Below, one piece after another: positions 19,737 through 32,000 of a DNA stretch of 32,000 bases. Position 1 is the stretch's first letter, and each line of letters begins with the position of its first letter. The translations under genes and the position numbers were made by a program. Under the pieces are notes generated by a model that worked only from the letters and a program-made list of their open reading frames with translations, was not told the origin of the DNA and searched no databases. Origin of the DNA: Candidatus Profftella armatura (lineage in GTDB: Bacteria > Pseudomonadota > Gammaproteobacteria > Burkholderiales > Burkholderiaceae); contig NC_021885.1 in NCBI RefSeq assembly GCF_000441555.1, forward strand, positions 1 through 32,000. Reading direction: 5' to 3'.

Positions 19737-19942
19737 TTTTAAAAAATTATTTAATTATTTTTGTTTAATTTTGAATTCGTATATAGTAATTTACTTTTTA
19801 TTTTTTTTTAAAAATAATTATAAAAACATATTTATTAATCTAATAGGATATTTTTAAAATTTTAGTAAAATAAAAAATTTTTAAAAAAAATATTTTATCT
19901 TAAATTTTATATTTTATCTTATTTTTATTTCATAGAGTGTTC

Positions 19943-22900
19943 ATGCAGTATTCATTCACCGAGAAGAAGCGTATTCGAAAATCTTTTGCAAAACGCCCTG
20001 ATGTTCATAGTGTTCCTTTTTTATTGATAACGCAATTAGAATCTTATTATAATTTCTTACAAGCAGATATTATACCATCTAATCGTAAAAACGAAGGCTT
20101 AGAGGCTGCATTTAGATCTGTATTTCCTATTCATACCGGTTTAGCTCGTTTGGAGTTTTTTTCATATACGTTAAGTTCACCGTTATTTGATGTAAAAGAA
20201 TGTCAAAAACGTGGTCTAACATTTGCTTCATCATTACGTGTTAGGATGCGTTTAGTAATTTTAGATAAAGAATCTCCTAAATCTATTATTAAAGAAATAA
20301 AAGAACAAGAAGTTTATATGGGTGAACTTCCTTTGATGACTAAAACTGGATCTTTTATTATTAATGGAACAGAGCGTGTTGTTGTTTCTCAGTTACATCG
20401 TTCACCTGGCGTATTTTTTGAGCATGATAGAGGAAAGACGCATTCTTCAGGAAAATTATTATTTTCAGCGAGAATTATTCCTTATCGTGGATCATGGTTG
20501 GATTTTGAATTTGATCCTAAAGATATTTTATTTTTTCGTATTGATCGAAGACGAAAAATGCCTATAACAGTTTTATTAAAAGCTATTGGTATGACACCTG
20601 AACAAATTTTGTTATATTTTTTTTCTTTTGATAATTTTACTTTACATAATATTAGCGGTGCTAGCATGAATTTTGTTGCTGAACATCTTCGTGGTGAAAT
20701 AGCGTGCTTTAATATTATTGATAAAAATGGACAGATAATTGTCCCGAAAAACAAAAGAATAAATTATAAGCATATTCGTCAGATAGAGAGTGCTGGTATA
20801 AAAAAAATTATAGTTCCAGAAGATTATTTAATTGGTAAGGTTTTAGCAAGAAATATAGTTGATCACGAAACTAATAAAGTTATTGCTTTTGCTAACAATG
20901 AAATTACAGAAGAATTATTATATAGTTTTCGTAAAGCGAATATTTTAAATATAGAAACATTATATACTAATGATCTAGATCATGGCGCATATATTTCACA
21001 AACATTATCTATTGATGAAACAAGAGATCAAATAACAGCTAAAACTTCTATTTATCGTACAATGCGCCCCGGGGAACCTCCTACAGAAGATTCAGTTAAT
21101 ACATTATTTAATAGTTTATTTTATGATGCAGATAGGTATGATTTATCTATTGTTGGTCGTATGAAATTTAATCGTAAAATTGGATGTAAGAAATTATATG
21201 GAAAAATGACTTTATCTAATAGTGACATATTATCTGTTATTAAAATATTAGTAGGTTTACGTAATGGGCATGGGGAAATTGATGATATTGATCATTTAGG
21301 TAATCGTCGTGTACGTTGTGTTGGAGAATTAGTGGAAAATCAATTTAGATCTGGTTTATTAAGAGTAGAACGAGCAGTTAAAGAACGATTAGCTCAATCA
21401 GAAATTGAAAATTTAATGCCACATGATTTAATTAATTCTAAACCAATTTCATCTGTTATTCGTGAATTTTTTGGAACATCACAGTTATCTCAATTTATGG
21501 ATCAAACTAATGCTCTTTCAGAAATTACACATAAACGTCGTATATCAGCTTTAGGCCCTGGAGGATTAACTCGTGAACGTGCTGGTTTTGAGGTACGTGA
21601 TGTGCACCCAACCCATTATGGTCGAGTTTGTCCAATTGAAACACCAGAAGGACCAAATATCGGTTTAATTAATTCTCTTGCATTATATGCGCGCTTAAAT
21701 AAATATGGTTTCCTTGAAACTCCTTATCGTAGAATTGAAAATAATAGAATTACTAATCATGTTGATTATCTTTCTGCAATTGAGGAAGGGGACTATGTTA
21801 TTGCTCAGGCAAATACTACTTTCGATAGTTATGGTTTATTAATTGATGAATTAGTATATGCTCGTGTAGCCGGTGAAACTATTTTAGTTTCTTCCGAAAG
21901 AGTACAATATGTAGATGTAGCTCCCGGGCAAATTGTTTCTGTTGCGGCTTCATTGATTCCATTTTTAGAGCATGATGACGCAAATAGAGCGTTAATGGGA
22001 GCAAATATGCAAAGACAAGCAGTTCCTTGTTTAAGACCTCAAAAGGCATTAATTGGTACAGGAATTGAACGTATTGTTGCCATTGATTCTGGTAATACTG
22101 TACAAGCATTACGAGGCGGGGTAGTTAATTATGTTGATTCTATGAGAATAGTAGTTCGTGTAAATGATAATGAAACAAGAATTGGAGATGTTGGGGTTGA
22201 TATTTATAATTTAACTAAGTATATACGATCTAATCAAAATACTAATATTAATCAACGACCTATTGTTAAAATAGGAGATTGTGTTAGTAAACATGATGTA
22301 ATTGCTGATGGTACGTCAACTGATTTAGGTGAGTTAGCTTTAGGTCAAAATATGTTAGTTGCATTTATGCCATGGAATGGTTATAACTTTGAAGATTCAA
22401 TTTTAATTTCTGAGAGAGTTGTTTCTAATGATTATTATACCTCAATTCATATTGAAGAACTTTCTGTTGTAGCTCGTGATACTAAATTAGGATTAGAAGA
22501 AATTACTAGAGATATTTCTAGTTTATCTGAAAGTCAATTATCATGTTTAGATGATTCTGGTATTATTTATATTGGGTCAGAAGTTGTAACAGGAGATATA
22601 TTAGTTGGAAAAGTTACACCAAAAGGTGAAACACATCTTACGCCAGAAGAAAAATTATTACGTGCAATTTTTGGAGAAAAAGCATCAGATGTAAAGGATA
22701 CTTCTCTTAGAGTTCCAGCTGGAATGTTGGGTACTGTTATTGATATACAAATATTTACACATGAGGGAATTGTGCGTGATTCTCGTGCGCAACAAATCAT
22801 TCATGATGAATTACAAAATTATGATCTTAATTTAAAAAATCAATTACAAATTATTGAAAATGACATATTTCAACGTTTAGAAGAAGTATTAATTGGTAAA

Positions 22901-24031
22901 ATTATTCATGTAAATACAGAGAAAGAAATTAAAATAACTAAATCGTATTTAGATAATTTAGATAAATTTGATTGGTTTGATATTTATGTAGATGATGATA
23001 CAAACTTTTTTTTAAAAAGAATTAAAAATTCAATTTTAGAAAGACGTAAAAAGTTTGATTTAGCATTTAAGGAAAAAAAAAGAAAATTAATACAAGGTGA
23101 TGAATTACCTCCTGGTGTTCAAAAAATGGTTAAAGTTTATTTAGCTGTAAAAAGACGTTTACAACCTGGAGATAAAATGGCTGGTAGACATGGTAATAAA
23201 GGTGTGGTTTCACGTATATTACCTATTGAAGATATGCCTTATATGGCCGATGGAACTACAGTTGATATTGTTTTAAATCCATTAGGCGTGCCTTCTCGTA
23301 TGAATATTGGTCAAATTTTGGAGGTTCATTTAGGATGGGCATCTAGAGGGCTGGGATTACGTTTAGATAAAATGTTAAAAGAAAAAGTTGATATTATTAA
23401 AATACGTAAATTTCTTGATAAAATTTATAATGAATCTGGGAAAAGAGAAGAATTAGATAGTTTAAATGATAAAGAAATTATGTCTTTAGTAGAAAATTTA
23501 AAGATTGGTATACCATTTGCTACTCCAGTATTTGACGGGGCAAATGAATTAGAAATTCGACGCATGTTAGATTTAGCTTATCCTGATAAAATTTCTAAAA
23601 AATTAGGTATGACACCATCAAAAAATCAAGTAACTATGTATGATGGGCGCACCGGAGAAGCTTTTGATCGTGCTGTAACTGTAGGTTATATGCATTATTT
23701 AAAATTACATCATTTAGTTGATGATAAAATGCATGCTCGTTCAACCGGTCCATATTCCTTGGTTACTCAACAACCTTTAGGTGGAAAAGCTCAATTTGGT
23801 GGTCAGCGATTTGGTGAAATGGAAGTATGGGCATTAGAGGCGTATGGTGCATCATATATATTACAAGAAATGTTAACAGTAAAATCAGATGATGTAAATG
23901 GACGAACTAAAATTTATGAAAATTTAGTTAAAGGAGATTACGCAATTAATGCTGGTATGCCAGAATCCTTTAATGTATTAGTAAAAGAAATTAGATCTTT
24001 AGGAATTGATATTGATCTTGAAAAAGATTAA
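19943..24031 (+). CDS. rpoB: DNA-directed RNA polymerase subunit beta
   Basis: The conserved N-terminus [15 protein letters not shown] begins at ATG 19943. The track's GTG at 19937 adds two non-conserved residues. 1362 aa with all conserved beta blocks ([52 protein letters not shown]). Confidence 0.98.
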   Translation: MQYSFTEKKRIRKSFAKRPDVHSVPFLLITQLESYYNFLQADIIPSNRKNEGLEAAFRSVFPIHTGLARLEFFSYTLSSPLFDVKECQKRGLTFASSLRVRMRLVILDKESPKSIIKEIKEQEVYMGELPLMTKTGSFIINGTERVVVSQLHRSPGVFFEHDRGKTHSSGKLLFSARIIPYRGSWLDFEFDPKDILFFRIDRRRKMPITVLLKAIGMTPEQILLYFFSFDNFTLHNISGASMNFVAEHLRGEIACFNIIDKNGQIIVPKNKRINYKHIRQIESAGIKKIIVPEDYLIGKVLARNIVDHETNKVIAFANNEITEELLYSFRKANILNIETLYTNDLDHGAYISQTLSIDETRDQITAKTSIYRTMRPGEPPTEDSVNTLFNSLFYDADRYDLSIVGRMKFNRKIGCKKLYGKMTLSNSDILSVIKILVGLRNGHGEIDDIDHLGNRRVRCVGELVENQFRSGLLRVERAVKERLAQSEIENLMPHDLINSKPISSVIREFFGTSQLSQFMDQTNALSEITHKRRISALGPGGLTRERAGFEVRDVHPTHYGRVCPIETPEGPNIGLINSLALYARLNKYGFLETPYRRIENNRITNHVDYLSAIEEGDYVIAQANTTFDSYGLLIDELVYARVAGETILVSSERVQYVDVAPGQIVSVAASLIPFLEHDDANRALMGANMQRQAVPCLRPQKALIGTGIERIVAIDSGNTVQALRGGVVNYVDSMRIVVRVNDNETRIGDVGVDIYNLTKYIRSNQNTNINQRPIVKIGDCVSKHDVIADGTSTDLGELALGQNMLVAFMPWNGYNFEDSILISERVVSNDYYTSIHIEELSVVARDTKLGLEEITRDISSLSESQLSCLDDSGIIYIGSEVVTGDILVGKVTPKGETHLTPEEKLLRAIFGEKASDVKDTSLRVPAGMLGTVIDIQIFTHEGIVRDSRAQQIIHDELQNYDLNLKNQLQIIENDIFQRLEEVLIGKIIHVNTEKEIKITKSYLDNLDKFDWFDIYVDDDTNFFLKRIKNSILERRKKFDLAFKEKKRKLIQGDELPPGVQKMVKVYLAVKRRLQPGDKMAGRHGNKGVVSRILPIEDMPYMADGTTVDIVLNPLGVPSRMNIGQILEVHLGWASRGLGLRLDKMLKEKVDIIKIRKFLDKIYNESGKREELDSLNDKEIMSLVENLKIGIPFATPVFDGANELEIRRMLDLAYPDKISKKLGMTPSKNQVTMYDGRTGEAFDRAVTVGYMHYLKLHHLVDDKMHARSTGPYSLVTQQPLGGKAQFGGQRFGEMEVWALEAYGASYILQEMLTVKSDDVNGRTKIYENLVKGDYAINAGMPESFNVLVKEIRSLGIDIDLEKD

Positions 24032-24104
24032 TTTGCGATTTTCGTTTTCAATATTTAATTATACTTATAAAATTTAAATTTTTACATTTCTTAGGAAATT
24101 ATAT

Positions 24105-27100
24105 ATGAAGGCATTACTTGATTTATTTAAACAAATTCATCAAATTGAACAATTTAATGCGATAAAAATTAGCCTTGCATCTCCAGAAAAAATAAGATCT
24201 TGGTCTTATGGTGAAGTTAAAAAACCAGAAACTATTAATTATCGTACTTTTAAACCAGAGCGAGATGGTTTATTTTGTTCTAAAATCTTTGGTCCCGTTA
24301 AGGATTATGAATGTTTATGTGGAAAATATAAAAGATTAAAACATCGTGGAGTTATTTGTGAAAAGTGTGGTGTTGAGGTTACTTTATCAAAAGTTCGTCG
24401 TGAACGTATGGGGCATATTGAGCTTGCGTCTCCTACCGCTCATATTTGGTTTTTAAAATCATTACCATCTCGTTTAGGTATGGTACTTGATATGACGTTA
24501 CGTGATATTGAAAGAGTGCTATATTTTGAAGCTTATGTTGTAACAGATCCAGGTACTACTCCTTTAAAAAAAGGTCAAATTTTATCAGAGGATAATTATT
24601 TTATTAAATATGAAGAATATGGTGATAAATTTACAGCATTGATGGGTGCGGAAGGTATTCGTGATTTATTACGTTCAATAGATATTAATCATGATATCGA
24701 GATTTTAAAAAAAGATTTAAAGGAATCAAAATCTGAATCTAAAATTCAAAAATATGTAAAAAGATTAAAGGTATTGGAGGCATTTCAGCGTTCTGGTATT
24801 AAACCAGAATGGATGATTATAGAGGTATTGCCTGTGCTTCCACCAGAATTAAGACCATTAGTTCCTTTGGATGTTGGTCGTTTTGCAACCTCTGATTTAA
24901 ATGATTTATATAGACGTTTTATTAATCGTAATAATCGTTTAAAACGTTTAATAGAATTACGAGCGCCAGAAATTATTACGCGTAATGAAAAGAGAATGTT
25001 ACAAGAAGCAACTGATGCTTTATTAGATAATGGTAGACGGGGAAAAATAATGACTGGAGCTAATAAACGTCCATTAAAATCTTTAGCTGAAATGATTAAA
25101 GGTAAAGGAGGACGTTTTCGTCAAAATTTATTAGGAAAACGTGTAGATTATTCTGGTCGATCTGTAATTGTTGTAGGCCCTCAATTAAAGTTACATCAAT
25201 GTGGTTTACCAAAATTAATGGCTCTAGAGTTGTTTAAACCATTTATTTTTAATAAACTTGAATTATTGCAATTATCTAGCACCATAAAAGCGGCGAAAAA
25301 ATTTGTCGAATCACAAGAACCAATAGTTTGGGATATTTTAGAAGAAATAATTCATCAGCATCCTATTATGTTAAATCGTGCGCCAACATTACATCGTCTT
25401 GGTATTCAAGCATTTGAGCCGGTATTAATTGAGGGAAAAGCAATTCAATTACATCCTTTAGTTTGTGCTGCTTTTAATGCTGATTTTGATGGCGATCAAA
25501 TGGCAGTTCATGTACCATTATCTATTGAAGCACAAATGGAAGCTCGTACATTAATGTTAGCATCAAATAATATTTTATTTCCATCAAATGGAGAGCCATC
25601 TATTGTTCCATCGCAAGATATAGTATTAGGTTTATATTATGCGACACGTGAAAAAATTAATGGTAAAGGTGAGGGATTAATATTTTCAGATATTTTTGAA
25701 GTAATTCGTGCTTATACTAATAAAGTTGTTGAATTATCTAGTCGAATTACTGTTCGTATTACCGAGTACGTAAAAGATAATATTAAGGATTCTAAAGATT
25801 CGGATTCTAAAGATTCTATATTTAAAAAAATAATCAAACGTTATGAAACAACAGTAGGTCGTGCAATTTTATCTGAAGTTCTTCCAAAGGGTTTATCATT
25901 TTCTTTATTAAATTGTACTTTAAAGAAAAAAGAAATTTCTAAATTAATTAATAGTTCATTTAGAAGATGTGGATTACAAGCCACAGTAATATTTGTTGAT
26001 GAATTGATGCAATTAGGTTTTAATTTAGCAACACGCGCAGGAATTTCTATTTGTGTTGATGATATGTTAGTTCCTTCTCAAAAACCAGAAATCATTGCTT
26101 TAGCAGAAAAAGAAGTTAGGCAAATAGAACAACAATATGCCTCAGGCTTAGTTACCTTTGGTGAGCGTTATAATAAAGTTATAGATATTTGGGGTAAGGC
26201 CGGAGATGATATTAGTAAGGCAATGATGGATAAATTAAAAATAGAAAATGTAATGAATAAAGATGGTACATATAGTACTCAAGAATCTTTTAATACAATT
26301 TATATGATGGCTGATTCTGGTGCGCGTGGTTCTGCTGCTCAAATTCGTCAATTAGCTGGTATACGTGGTTTAATGGCAAAACCAGATGGATCTATAATTG
26401 AAACTCCAATTACTGCTAATTTTAGAGATGGTTTAGATGTATTACAGTACTTTATTTCAACACATGGTGCTCGTAAAGGTTTAGCTGATACTGCATTAAA
26501 AACTGCTAATTCAGGTTATTTAACAAGAAGATTAGTTGATGTTACACAAGATTTAGTAATAATTGAAGAAGATTGTTATACTTCTAATGGTGTCTTTATG
26601 AAAGCATTAATTGAAGGCGGAGAAATAATTGAAGCGTTATGTGATCGTATTTTAGGAAGAGTGACATCTGATGATATAATTCATCCAGATACACAGATGA
26701 TATTATATAAAAAAAATACTTTATTAGATGAAGATTGTGTTAGTGTAATTGAGAGTCTTGGTATTGATGAAATAAAAGTTCGAACACCATTAACATGTAA
26801 TACACGATATGGATTATGCGCAAATTGTTATGGAAGAGATTTAGGTAGAGGGGTAATAGTTGATATTGGTGAAGCAGTTGGGGTAATTGCTGCTCAATCA
26901 ATTGGTGAACCCGGCACGCAATTAACAATGCGTACTTTTCATATTGGAGGAGCAGTTTCACGAGCAATTATTGCTTCATCTATTGAAGCAAAATCGAATG
27001 GAATCATTCGTTTTACATCAACTATGCGTTATGTGATAAATAGTAAAAAAGAATTTGTTGTTATTTCTCGTTCCGGAGAAATTATAATAGTTGATAATTA

Positions 27101-28256
27101 TGAGCGTGAACGTGAAAGACATAAAGTACCATATGGCGCAACCCTTATTATTAAAAATAATACGTTTATTAATGCCGGTATGATTATAGCAAAATGGGAT
27201 CCTTTAACTCGTCCTATTATTACCGAGTATTCTGGAATAATAAAATTTGAAAATGTAATAGAAGGATCAACTGTTGCTAAACAAATAGATGAGGTTACTG
27301 GTTTATCTACATTAGTAGTAATTGATGCAAAACGTCGTGGTTTAACAAAGATATTGCGTCCTCAAGTTAAATTATTAAATGAATATGGTGAAGAAATTAA
27401 AATTCCTGGAACAGAACATCCGGTAACAATTACATTTCAAGTTGGGGCTTTATTGACCGTTAAAAATAATCAAAAAGTTAAAGTTGGAAAAGTTATCGCA
27501 AGAATTCCGACTGAATCACAAAAGACTCGTGATATTACTGGTGGTTTGCCTCGTGTTGCAGAATTATTTGAAGCTCGTTCACCAAAAGATTCTGGTATAT
27601 TAGCAGAAGTAACCGGTACAGTCGCTTTTGGTAAGGAGACAAAAGGTAAACAACGTTTAGAGATTACAGATATGGATGGAAAAAAACACGAATTTATGAT
27701 TTCTAAAGAAAAACAAATTCTTGTTCATGATGGGCAAGTAGTTAATAAAGGTGAAATGATTGTGGATGGACCAGCTAATCCTCAAGATATTCTTAGATTA
27801 TTAGGTATTGAAGCATTATCTCGTTATATTGTTGATGAAGTTCAGGATGTATATCGATTACAGGGTGTTAAAATTAATGATAAACATATTGAGGTTATTG
27901 TAAGACAAATGCTTCGTCGTGTACAAATAATTGACTCAGGAGATACTAATTATATTGCTGGTGAACAAGTTGAGCGCTCTGAATTATTTGATGAAAATGA
28001 CAGAGTATTATCCTTAAATCAAAATCCGGCGACATATGAAAATATATTATTAGGTATTACTAAGGCTTCATTATCAACTGATTCGTTTATTTCTGCCGCT
28101 TCTTTTCAAGAAACTACCCGTGTATTAACTGAGGCCGCTATAATGGGTAAACGTGATAATTTACGTGGTTTAAAAGAGAATGTAATTGTAGGTCGTTTAA
28201 TTCCAGCTGGAACTGGTTTAGAATTTAGAAAAGCTCGTAAAAACAAAAATTTTTAA
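24105..28256 (+). CDS. rpoC: DNA-directed RNA polymerase subunit beta'
   Basis: 1383 aa with zinc-binding CLCGKY...CEKCGVEV, the catalytic NADFDGD motif, and trigger-loop and bridge-helix regions. AGGAAA SD lies upstream. Confidence 0.98.
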   Translation: MKALLDLFKQIHQIEQFNAIKISLASPEKIRSWSYGEVKKPETINYRTFKPERDGLFCSKIFGPVKDYECLCGKYKRLKHRGVICEKCGVEVTLSKVRRERMGHIELASPTAHIWFLKSLPSRLGMVLDMTLRDIERVLYFEAYVVTDPGTTPLKKGQILSEDNYFIKYEEYGDKFTALMGAEGIRDLLRSIDINHDIEILKKDLKESKSESKIQKYVKRLKVLEAFQRSGIKPEWMIIEVLPVLPPELRPLVPLDVGRFATSDLNDLYRRFINRNNRLKRLIELRAPEIITRNEKRMLQEATDALLDNGRRGKIMTGANKRPLKSLAEMIKGKGGRFRQNLLGKRVDYSGRSVIVVGPQLKLHQCGLPKLMALELFKPFIFNKLELLQLSSTIKAAKKFVESQEPIVWDILEEIIHQHPIMLNRAPTLHRLGIQAFEPVLIEGKAIQLHPLVCAAFNADFDGDQMAVHVPLSIEAQMEARTLMLASNNILFPSNGEPSIVPSQDIVLGLYYATREKINGKGEGLIFSDIFEVIRAYTNKVVELSSRITVRITEYVKDNIKDSKDSDSKDSIFKKIIKRYETTVGRAILSEVLPKGLSFSLLNCTLKKKEISKLINSSFRRCGLQATVIFVDELMQLGFNLATRAGISICVDDMLVPSQKPEIIALAEKEVRQIEQQYASGLVTFGERYNKVIDIWGKAGDDISKAMMDKLKIENVMNKDGTYSTQESFNTIYMMADSGARGSAAQIRQLAGIRGLMAKPDGSIIETPITANFRDGLDVLQYFISTHGARKGLADTALKTANSGYLTRRLVDVTQDLVIIEEDCYTSNGVFMKALIEGGEIIEALCDRILGRVTSDDIIHPDTQMILYKKNTLLDEDCVSVIESLGIDEIKVRTPLTCNTRYGLCANCYGRDLGRGVIVDIGEAVGVIAAQSIGEPGTQLTMRTFHIGGAVSRAIIASSIEAKSNGIIRFTSTMRYVINSKKEFVVISRSGEIIIVDNYERERERHKVPYGATLIIKNNTFINAGMIIAKWDPLTRPIITEYSGIIKFENVIEGSTVAKQIDEVTGLSTLVVIDAKRRGLTKILRPQVKLLNEYGEEIKIPGTEHPVTITFQVGALLTVKNNQKVKVGKVIARIPTESQKTRDITGGLPRVAELFEARSPKDSGILAEVTGTVAFGKETKGKQRLEITDMDGKKHEFMISKEKQILVHDGQVVNKGEMIVDGPANPQDILRLLGIEALSRYIVDEVQDVYRLQGVKINDKHIEVIVRQMLRRVQIIDSGDTNYIAGEQVERSELFDENDRVLSLNQNPATYENILLGITKASLSTDSFISAASFQETTRVLTEAAIMGKRDNLRGLKENVIVGRLIPAGTGLEFRKARKNKNF
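25787..25816 (+). repeat. Perfect in-frame 15-nt tandem duplication inside rpoC (GGATTCTAAAGATTC x2)
   Basis: 25787-25801 and 25802-25816 are identical. They encode the low-complexity [11 protein letters not shown] stretch in a non-conserved beta' loop. Confidence 0.9.
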
Positions 28257-28312
28257 GAAATAAAATGTTATTTTTATATAAAATTTTGTTAAAAAATAAT
28301 GGTTTTAAAATG

Positions 28313-28341
28313 TTGACTAGCTTATATTTAATATGTATAAT
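28313..28341 (+). promoter_or_regulatory. Candidate sigma70 promoter of the str operon (rpsL-rpsG-fusA-rpsJ)
   Basis: TTGACT (28313-28318), an exact 17-nt spacer, then TATAAT (28336-28341). It lies about 100 nt upstream of the rpsL ATG. Confidence 0.5.
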
Positions 28342-28442
28342 TCCACGTACTAACTTTTATTAATATATAAAATAATTTATTATTTTATATATATTTAATT
28401 TTAAAAAATTTAATTAAACTTTGTTGGACGAATATAAATAAA

Positions 28443-28826
28443 ATGCCAACTATCAATCAATTAATTCGTAATCCGCGTATTTCTATACGTGCTAAAAGTA
28501 AATCTCCTGCATTAGAAAATAGCCCACAAAAAAGAGGAGTGTGTACTCGTGTTTATACAACAACTCCTAAAAAACCTAATTCAGCTCTTCGTAAGGTTGC
28601 TAAGGTTCGCTTAACTAATGGTTTTGAGGTAATTTCTTATATTGGAGGAGAGGGTCATAATTTACAAGAACATAGTGTTGTATTATTACGTGGTGGTCGT
28701 GTAAAAGATTTACCAGGTGTACGATATCATATGATTAGGGGGGCATTGGATACGCAAGGCGTAAAAAATCGTAAACAAGCGCGTTCAAAATACGGTTCAA
28801 CTCGTACTAATTCTGCTAAAAAATAA
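28443..28826 (+). CDS. rpsL: 30S ribosomal protein S12
   Basis: 127 aa starting MPTINQLIR, with [33 protein letters not shown]. Confidence 0.98.
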   Translation: MPTINQLIRNPRISIRAKSKSPALENSPQKRGVCTRVYTTTPKKPNSALRKVAKVRLTNGFEVISYIGGEGHNLQEHSVVLLRGGRVKDLPGVRYHMIRGALDTQGVKNRKQARSKYGSTRTNSAKK

Positions 28827-28874
28827 AATTTAATAAAATTATAATAATTTAAATTTTTAAAAAAGGTAATCAAG

Positions 28875-29345
28875 ATGTCTCGTCGTAGAGAAATAACTAA
28901 AAGAGAGATTATGCCTGATCCAAAATTTAATAGTGTAGATGTAGCAAAATTTGTAAATATTTTAATGTTATCAGGTAAAAAATCAGTTGCTGAGACCATT
29001 ATATATGGTGCATTTGATTATATTAAAGAAAAATCTGGTAAAGATCCATTAGAAGTATTTTTTTCAGCAATTTCTAATTGTACACCATCTGTAGAAGTTA
29101 AATCTCGTCGAGTGGGTGGAGCTAATTATCAAGTTCCAGTTGAAGTTCGTCCTGTTCGTAGGTTAGCATTATCGATGCGTTGGTTACGTGAAGCAGCGAA
29201 TAAGCGTAATGAAAAATCAATGCAACAACGTTTAGGAAATGAATTGATGGAAGCATCAGAAAATAAAGGTAGCGCTATAAAACGACGAGATGAAATTCAT
29301 CGCATGGCTGAAGCTAATAAAGCATTTTCTCATTTTCGTTTTTAA
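28875..29345 (+). CDS. rpsG: 30S ribosomal protein S7
   Basis: 156 aa starting [18 protein letters not shown], with [21 protein letters not shown]. Confidence 0.98.
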   Translation: MSRRREITKREIMPDPKFNSVDVAKFVNILMLSGKKSVAETIIYGAFDYIKEKSGKDPLEVFFSAISNCTPSVEVKSRRVGGANYQVPVEVRPVRRLALSMRWLREAANKRNEKSMQQRLGNELMEASENKGSAIKRRDEIHRMAEANKAFSHFRF

Positions 29346-29428
29346 TATTTTTAAATTTGTATAGTATTTTTTAAAATTTTTATTTTTGTATATCTTGGTT
29401 TATTGAACGAAATTTAGGATAAACTGTT

Positions 29429-31531
29429 ATGGAACGTAAAACTCCGATTGATAGGTATCGTAATATCGGTATTTCTGCTCATATAGACGCGGGTAAAACA
29501 ACAACTACCGAACGTATTTTGTTTTATACTGGCGTGAACCATAAAATTGGAGAGGTACACGATGGTGCAGCTACTATGGACTGGATGGAGCAAGAGCAAG
29601 AGCGTGGAATAACAATTACTTCAGCAGCAACCACTTGTTTTTGGAAAGGAATGGCAAATAATTTCCCTAAACATCATATAAATATAATTGATACTCCTGG
29701 TCATGTTGATTTTACAATTGAAGTTGAGCGTTCAATGCGTATATTAGATGGTGTATGTATGGTATATTGTGCTGTTGGAGGCGTACAACCACAATCAGAA
29801 ACTGTTTGGAGGCAAGCTAATAAATATAAAGTTCCTCGTTTAGCATTTGTAAATAAAATGGATCGTATTGGCGCTAATTTTTTTAAAGTTTATAAACAAA
29901 TACAAGAGCGTTTGAAAGCTAATCCAGTCCCTATTCAAATACCAATTGGTTCTGAAGAATCATTTAATGGTGTAATTGATTTAGTAAAAATGCAGGCTAT
30001 TTATTGGGATGAAAAAAGTAAAGGAGTTAAGTTTGATTATAAAGATATTCCTGAATCTTTAAAAGAAGAAGCAAAAAAATGGCGTGAAAATATTTTAGAA
30101 GTTGTTTCGGAAACATCTGAAAGTTTAATGGATAAGTATTTAGAAGAAAGTGATTTAAATGAAACTGAAATTAAAATAGCAATTAGAAAACTAACTATTG
30201 CTGGCGAAATAATTCCTATGATGTGTGGTACAGCTTTTAAAAATAAAGGTGTTCAAGCAATGTTAGATGGTATAATTGAATATTTACCTTCTCCTGTTGA
30301 TATACCACCTATAACAGGATCAAATGTAGATAATGAAATTGTATTTCGACAAGCTAAGGATAAAGAAAAATTTTCTGCATTAGCTTTTAAAATTTCTACA
30401 GATCCATTTGTTGGTCAATTATGTTTTATTCGTTGTTATTCTGGAATATTACACTCAGGTGATGTAATATTAAATTCATTAAAAATAAAAAAAGAAAGAG
30501 TTGGTCGTATTGTTCAAATGCATGCTAATCAGCGCGAGGAAATTAAAAAAATTTCAGCTGGTGATATTGCCGCTATAGTTGGTTTAAAAAATACAACTAC
30601 TGGTGATACACTTTGTGATGAAAAAAATATAATAATATTAGAGCAAATAAGTTTTCCTGAGCCAGTTATTTCTCAAGCAATTGAACCAAAAACTAAAGCT
30701 GATCAAGAAAAAATGGGTATGGCATTAAATCGTTTGGCAGCAGAAGATCCATCGTTTCGAGTAAGAATTGATGAAGAATCTTGTCAAACAATTATTGCTG
30801 GTATGGGTGAATTACATTTAGATATTATTGTTGACCGTATAAAACGTGAATTTGGTGTAGAAGCAACTGTTGGAAAACCTCAGGTGGCATATAGAGAAAC
30901 AATTCGAAGAACATGCAAAGAAGTTGAAGGAAAATTTATTAAACAATCTGGTGGTAGGGGTCAATATGGTCATGTTGTTTTAAAAATTGAACCACAAATT
31001 CCTGGAAAAGGTTTTGAGTTTATTGATGCTATAAAGAGCGGGGTTGTTCCTCGTGAATTTATCCCTGCTGTAGAGAAGGGTATACGGGACTCATTAAATT
31101 CTGGTGTGTTAGCTGGTTACCCAGTAGTTGATGTAAAAGTAACTTTATTTTACGGTTCTTATCATGATGTTGATTCAAATGAAAATGCATTTCGAATTGC
31201 AGGATCTATGGCATTTAAAGATGGTTGTCGTAGATCTGATCCAACTATTCTTGAGCCAATAATGGCTGTGGATGTTGAAACTCCAGAAGATTATGCTGGA
31301 GCAGTAATGGGAGATTTAGCCTCTCGAAGGGGGATGATACAAGGAATGAATGAAATTTCAGGAGGAGGTGGAAAAATAATAAAAGCAGAGGTACCGTTAT
31401 CCAAAATGTTTGGTTATTCTACATCTTTACGGTCAATTACTCAGGGAAGAGCTACTTACACAATGGAATTTAAGCATTATTCAGAAATACCAAAAAATTT
31501 AATTGATACAATTATTAATAATAAAATTTAA
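29429..31531 (+). CDS. fusA: Elongation factor G
   Basis: 700 aa with the G-domain motifs [20 protein letters not shown] and NKMDR. Domain IV and V blocks are conserved. Confidence 0.98.
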   Translation: MERKTPIDRYRNIGISAHIDAGKTTTTERILFYTGVNHKIGEVHDGAATMDWMEQEQERGITITSAATTCFWKGMANNFPKHHINIIDTPGHVDFTIEVERSMRILDGVCMVYCAVGGVQPQSETVWRQANKYKVPRLAFVNKMDRIGANFFKVYKQIQERLKANPVPIQIPIGSEESFNGVIDLVKMQAIYWDEKSKGVKFDYKDIPESLKEEAKKWRENILEVVSETSESLMDKYLEESDLNETEIKIAIRKLTIAGEIIPMMCGTAFKNKGVQAMLDGIIEYLPSPVDIPPITGSNVDNEIVFRQAKDKEKFSALAFKISTDPFVGQLCFIRCYSGILHSGDVILNSLKIKKERVGRIVQMHANQREEIKKISAGDIAAIVGLKNTTTGDTLCDEKNIIILEQISFPEPVISQAIEPKTKADQEKMGMALNRLAAEDPSFRVRIDEESCQTIIAGMGELHLDIIVDRIKREFGVEATVGKPQVAYRETIRRTCKEVEGKFIKQSGGRGQYGHVVLKIEPQIPGKGFEFIDAIKSGVVPREFIPAVEKGIRDSLNSGVLAGYPVVDVKVTLFYGSYHDVDSNENAFRIAGSMAFKDGCRRSDPTILEPIMAVDVETPEDYAGAVMGDLASRRGMIQGMNEISGGGGKIIKAEVPLSKMFGYSTSLRSITQGRATYTMEFKHYSEIPKNLIDTIINNKI

Positions 31532-31565
31532 ATTTTTTATAACGGTTCGTCTTTTAAGGAAAAGC

Positions 31566-31883
31566 ATGTCAATTATAAATCAAAAAATTCGTATTCGTTT
31601 AAAGGCGTTTGATTACCGTTTAATTGATAAATCAACATTAGAAATTGTTGAAACAGCTAGAAAATCAGGTTCGGTAGTGCGTGGGCCTATTCCTTTACCT
31701 ACTCGTATTCAACGTTTTGATGTATTACGTTCACCTCATGTTAATAAAACGGCACGTGATCAATTTGAAATGCGTACTCATCGAAGATTAATGGATATTG
31801 TAAATCCAACAGATAAAACTGTGGATGCATTAATTAAATTAGATTTATCCGCTGGTGTAGATGTAGAAATTAAATTATATTAG
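31566..31883 (+). CDS. rpsJ: 30S ribosomal protein S10
   Basis: The conserved S10 sequence begins at [16 protein letters not shown] (ATG 31566), which is preceded by AAGGA. The track's start at 31503 overlaps fusA and adds 21 non-conserved residues. 105 aa. Confidence 0.95.
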   Translation: MSIINQKIRIRLKAFDYRLIDKSTLEIVETARKSGSVVRGPIPLPTRIQRFDVLRSPHVNKTARDQFEMRTHRRLMDIVNPTDKTVDALIKLDLSAGVDVEIKLY

Positions 31884-31960
31884 ATAAATTGGATTTAAAG
31901 AATTATTTATTAATTATAAATTTTATATTTTTAAAATTTGTATTAATCTTATTATTAAGT

Positions 31961-31982
31961 TAAAATTTAGCGCTAAATTTTA
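31961..31982. repeat. Perfect 22-nt palindrome TAAAATTTAGCGCTAAATTTTA
   Basis: Direct reading shows the sequence equals its own reverse complement. It is centred on the only GC-containing tetramer (AGCGCT core) of the spacer downstream of rpsJ. Confidence 0.85.
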
Positions 31983-32000
31983 AAAATTTAAAAAAAATTT

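Noticed and set aside
19785-19809. AGTA-ATT-TACT mini-hairpin followed by a long T-run after rplL, as a possible rplL-rpoB attenuator
   Set aside because: The stem is only 4-5 bp with no G-C pairs. T-runs are ubiquitous here, so this is insufficient to call a terminator.
19891-19921. 12-nt direct repeat TATTTTATCTTA (19891-19902 and 19910-19921) upstream of rpoB
   Set aside because: It is short and low-complexity and consistent with slippage or chance. No recognisable motif is present.
19937-19942. GTG start two codons upstream of the rpoB ATG
   Set aside because: The conserved RpoB N-terminus is M-x-YS(F/Y)[10 protein letters not shown], which matches the ATG at 19943.
20364-22800. Four short ORFs nested in or antisense to rpoB (20364-20567 +, 20482-20754 -, 21879-22109 -, 22567-22800 -)
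   Set aside because: All lie within the continuous, fully conserved 1362-aa RpoB frame. None has its own start context or a recognisable product.
26740-26967. 75-aa ORF antisense to rpoC
   Set aside because: It lies inside the conserved beta' coding sequence and is a Q/L-rich artefact of the complementary frame.
28727-28999. 90-aa minus-strand ORF spanning the rpsL-rpsG junction
   Set aside because: It overlaps two highly conserved ribosomal protein genes on the opposite strand.
29414-29599. 61-aa ORF antisense to the fusA 5' end
   Set aside because: It overlaps the EF-G G-domain coding sequence and has no supporting signal.
31503-31565. N-terminal 21 codons of the track's rpsJ ORF
   Set aside because: They overlap the fusA 3' end and encode the non-conserved [12 protein letters not shown].... 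The conserved S10 sequence starts at the ATG at 31566, behind AAGGA.

Overview
This window is an extremely AT-rich, gene-dense housekeeping region. It looks like a reduced-genome betaproteobacterial endosymbiont. The EF-Tu, RpoB and isc proteins resemble Burkholderiales/Alcaligenaceae from memory, so Candidatus Kinetoplastibacterium is a guess, not a demonstrated identity. Gene order is: pmbA, an SDR-like ORF, tRNA-Arg and tRNA-Asn (minus strand), a 700-nt spacer, then iscS-iscU-iscA-hscB-hscA-fdx, yebC, a second 700-nt spacer, rsfS and a tusA-like gene. On the minus strand lie lysS, prfB (with its programmed +1 frameshift) and a conserved hypothetical. The rest is a 17.4-kb same-strand block: tRNA-Tyr/Gly/Thr-tuf-tRNA-Trp-secE-nusG-rplKAJL-rpoBC-rpsLG-fusA-rpsJ. 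I found no CRISPR array, mobile element, rRNA, defence or toxin cassette, and no convincing novel multi-gene system. UGA is still a stop codon. The best leads are modest: an HscA that ends before its helical lid, an unknown-function 370-aa protein kept next to prfB-lysS, two unusually long non-coding spacers (iscR missing upstream of iscS), loss of the str-operon tuf copy, and a few short repeats and palindromes. All short ORFs nested in or antisense to conserved genes are rejected as artefacts.
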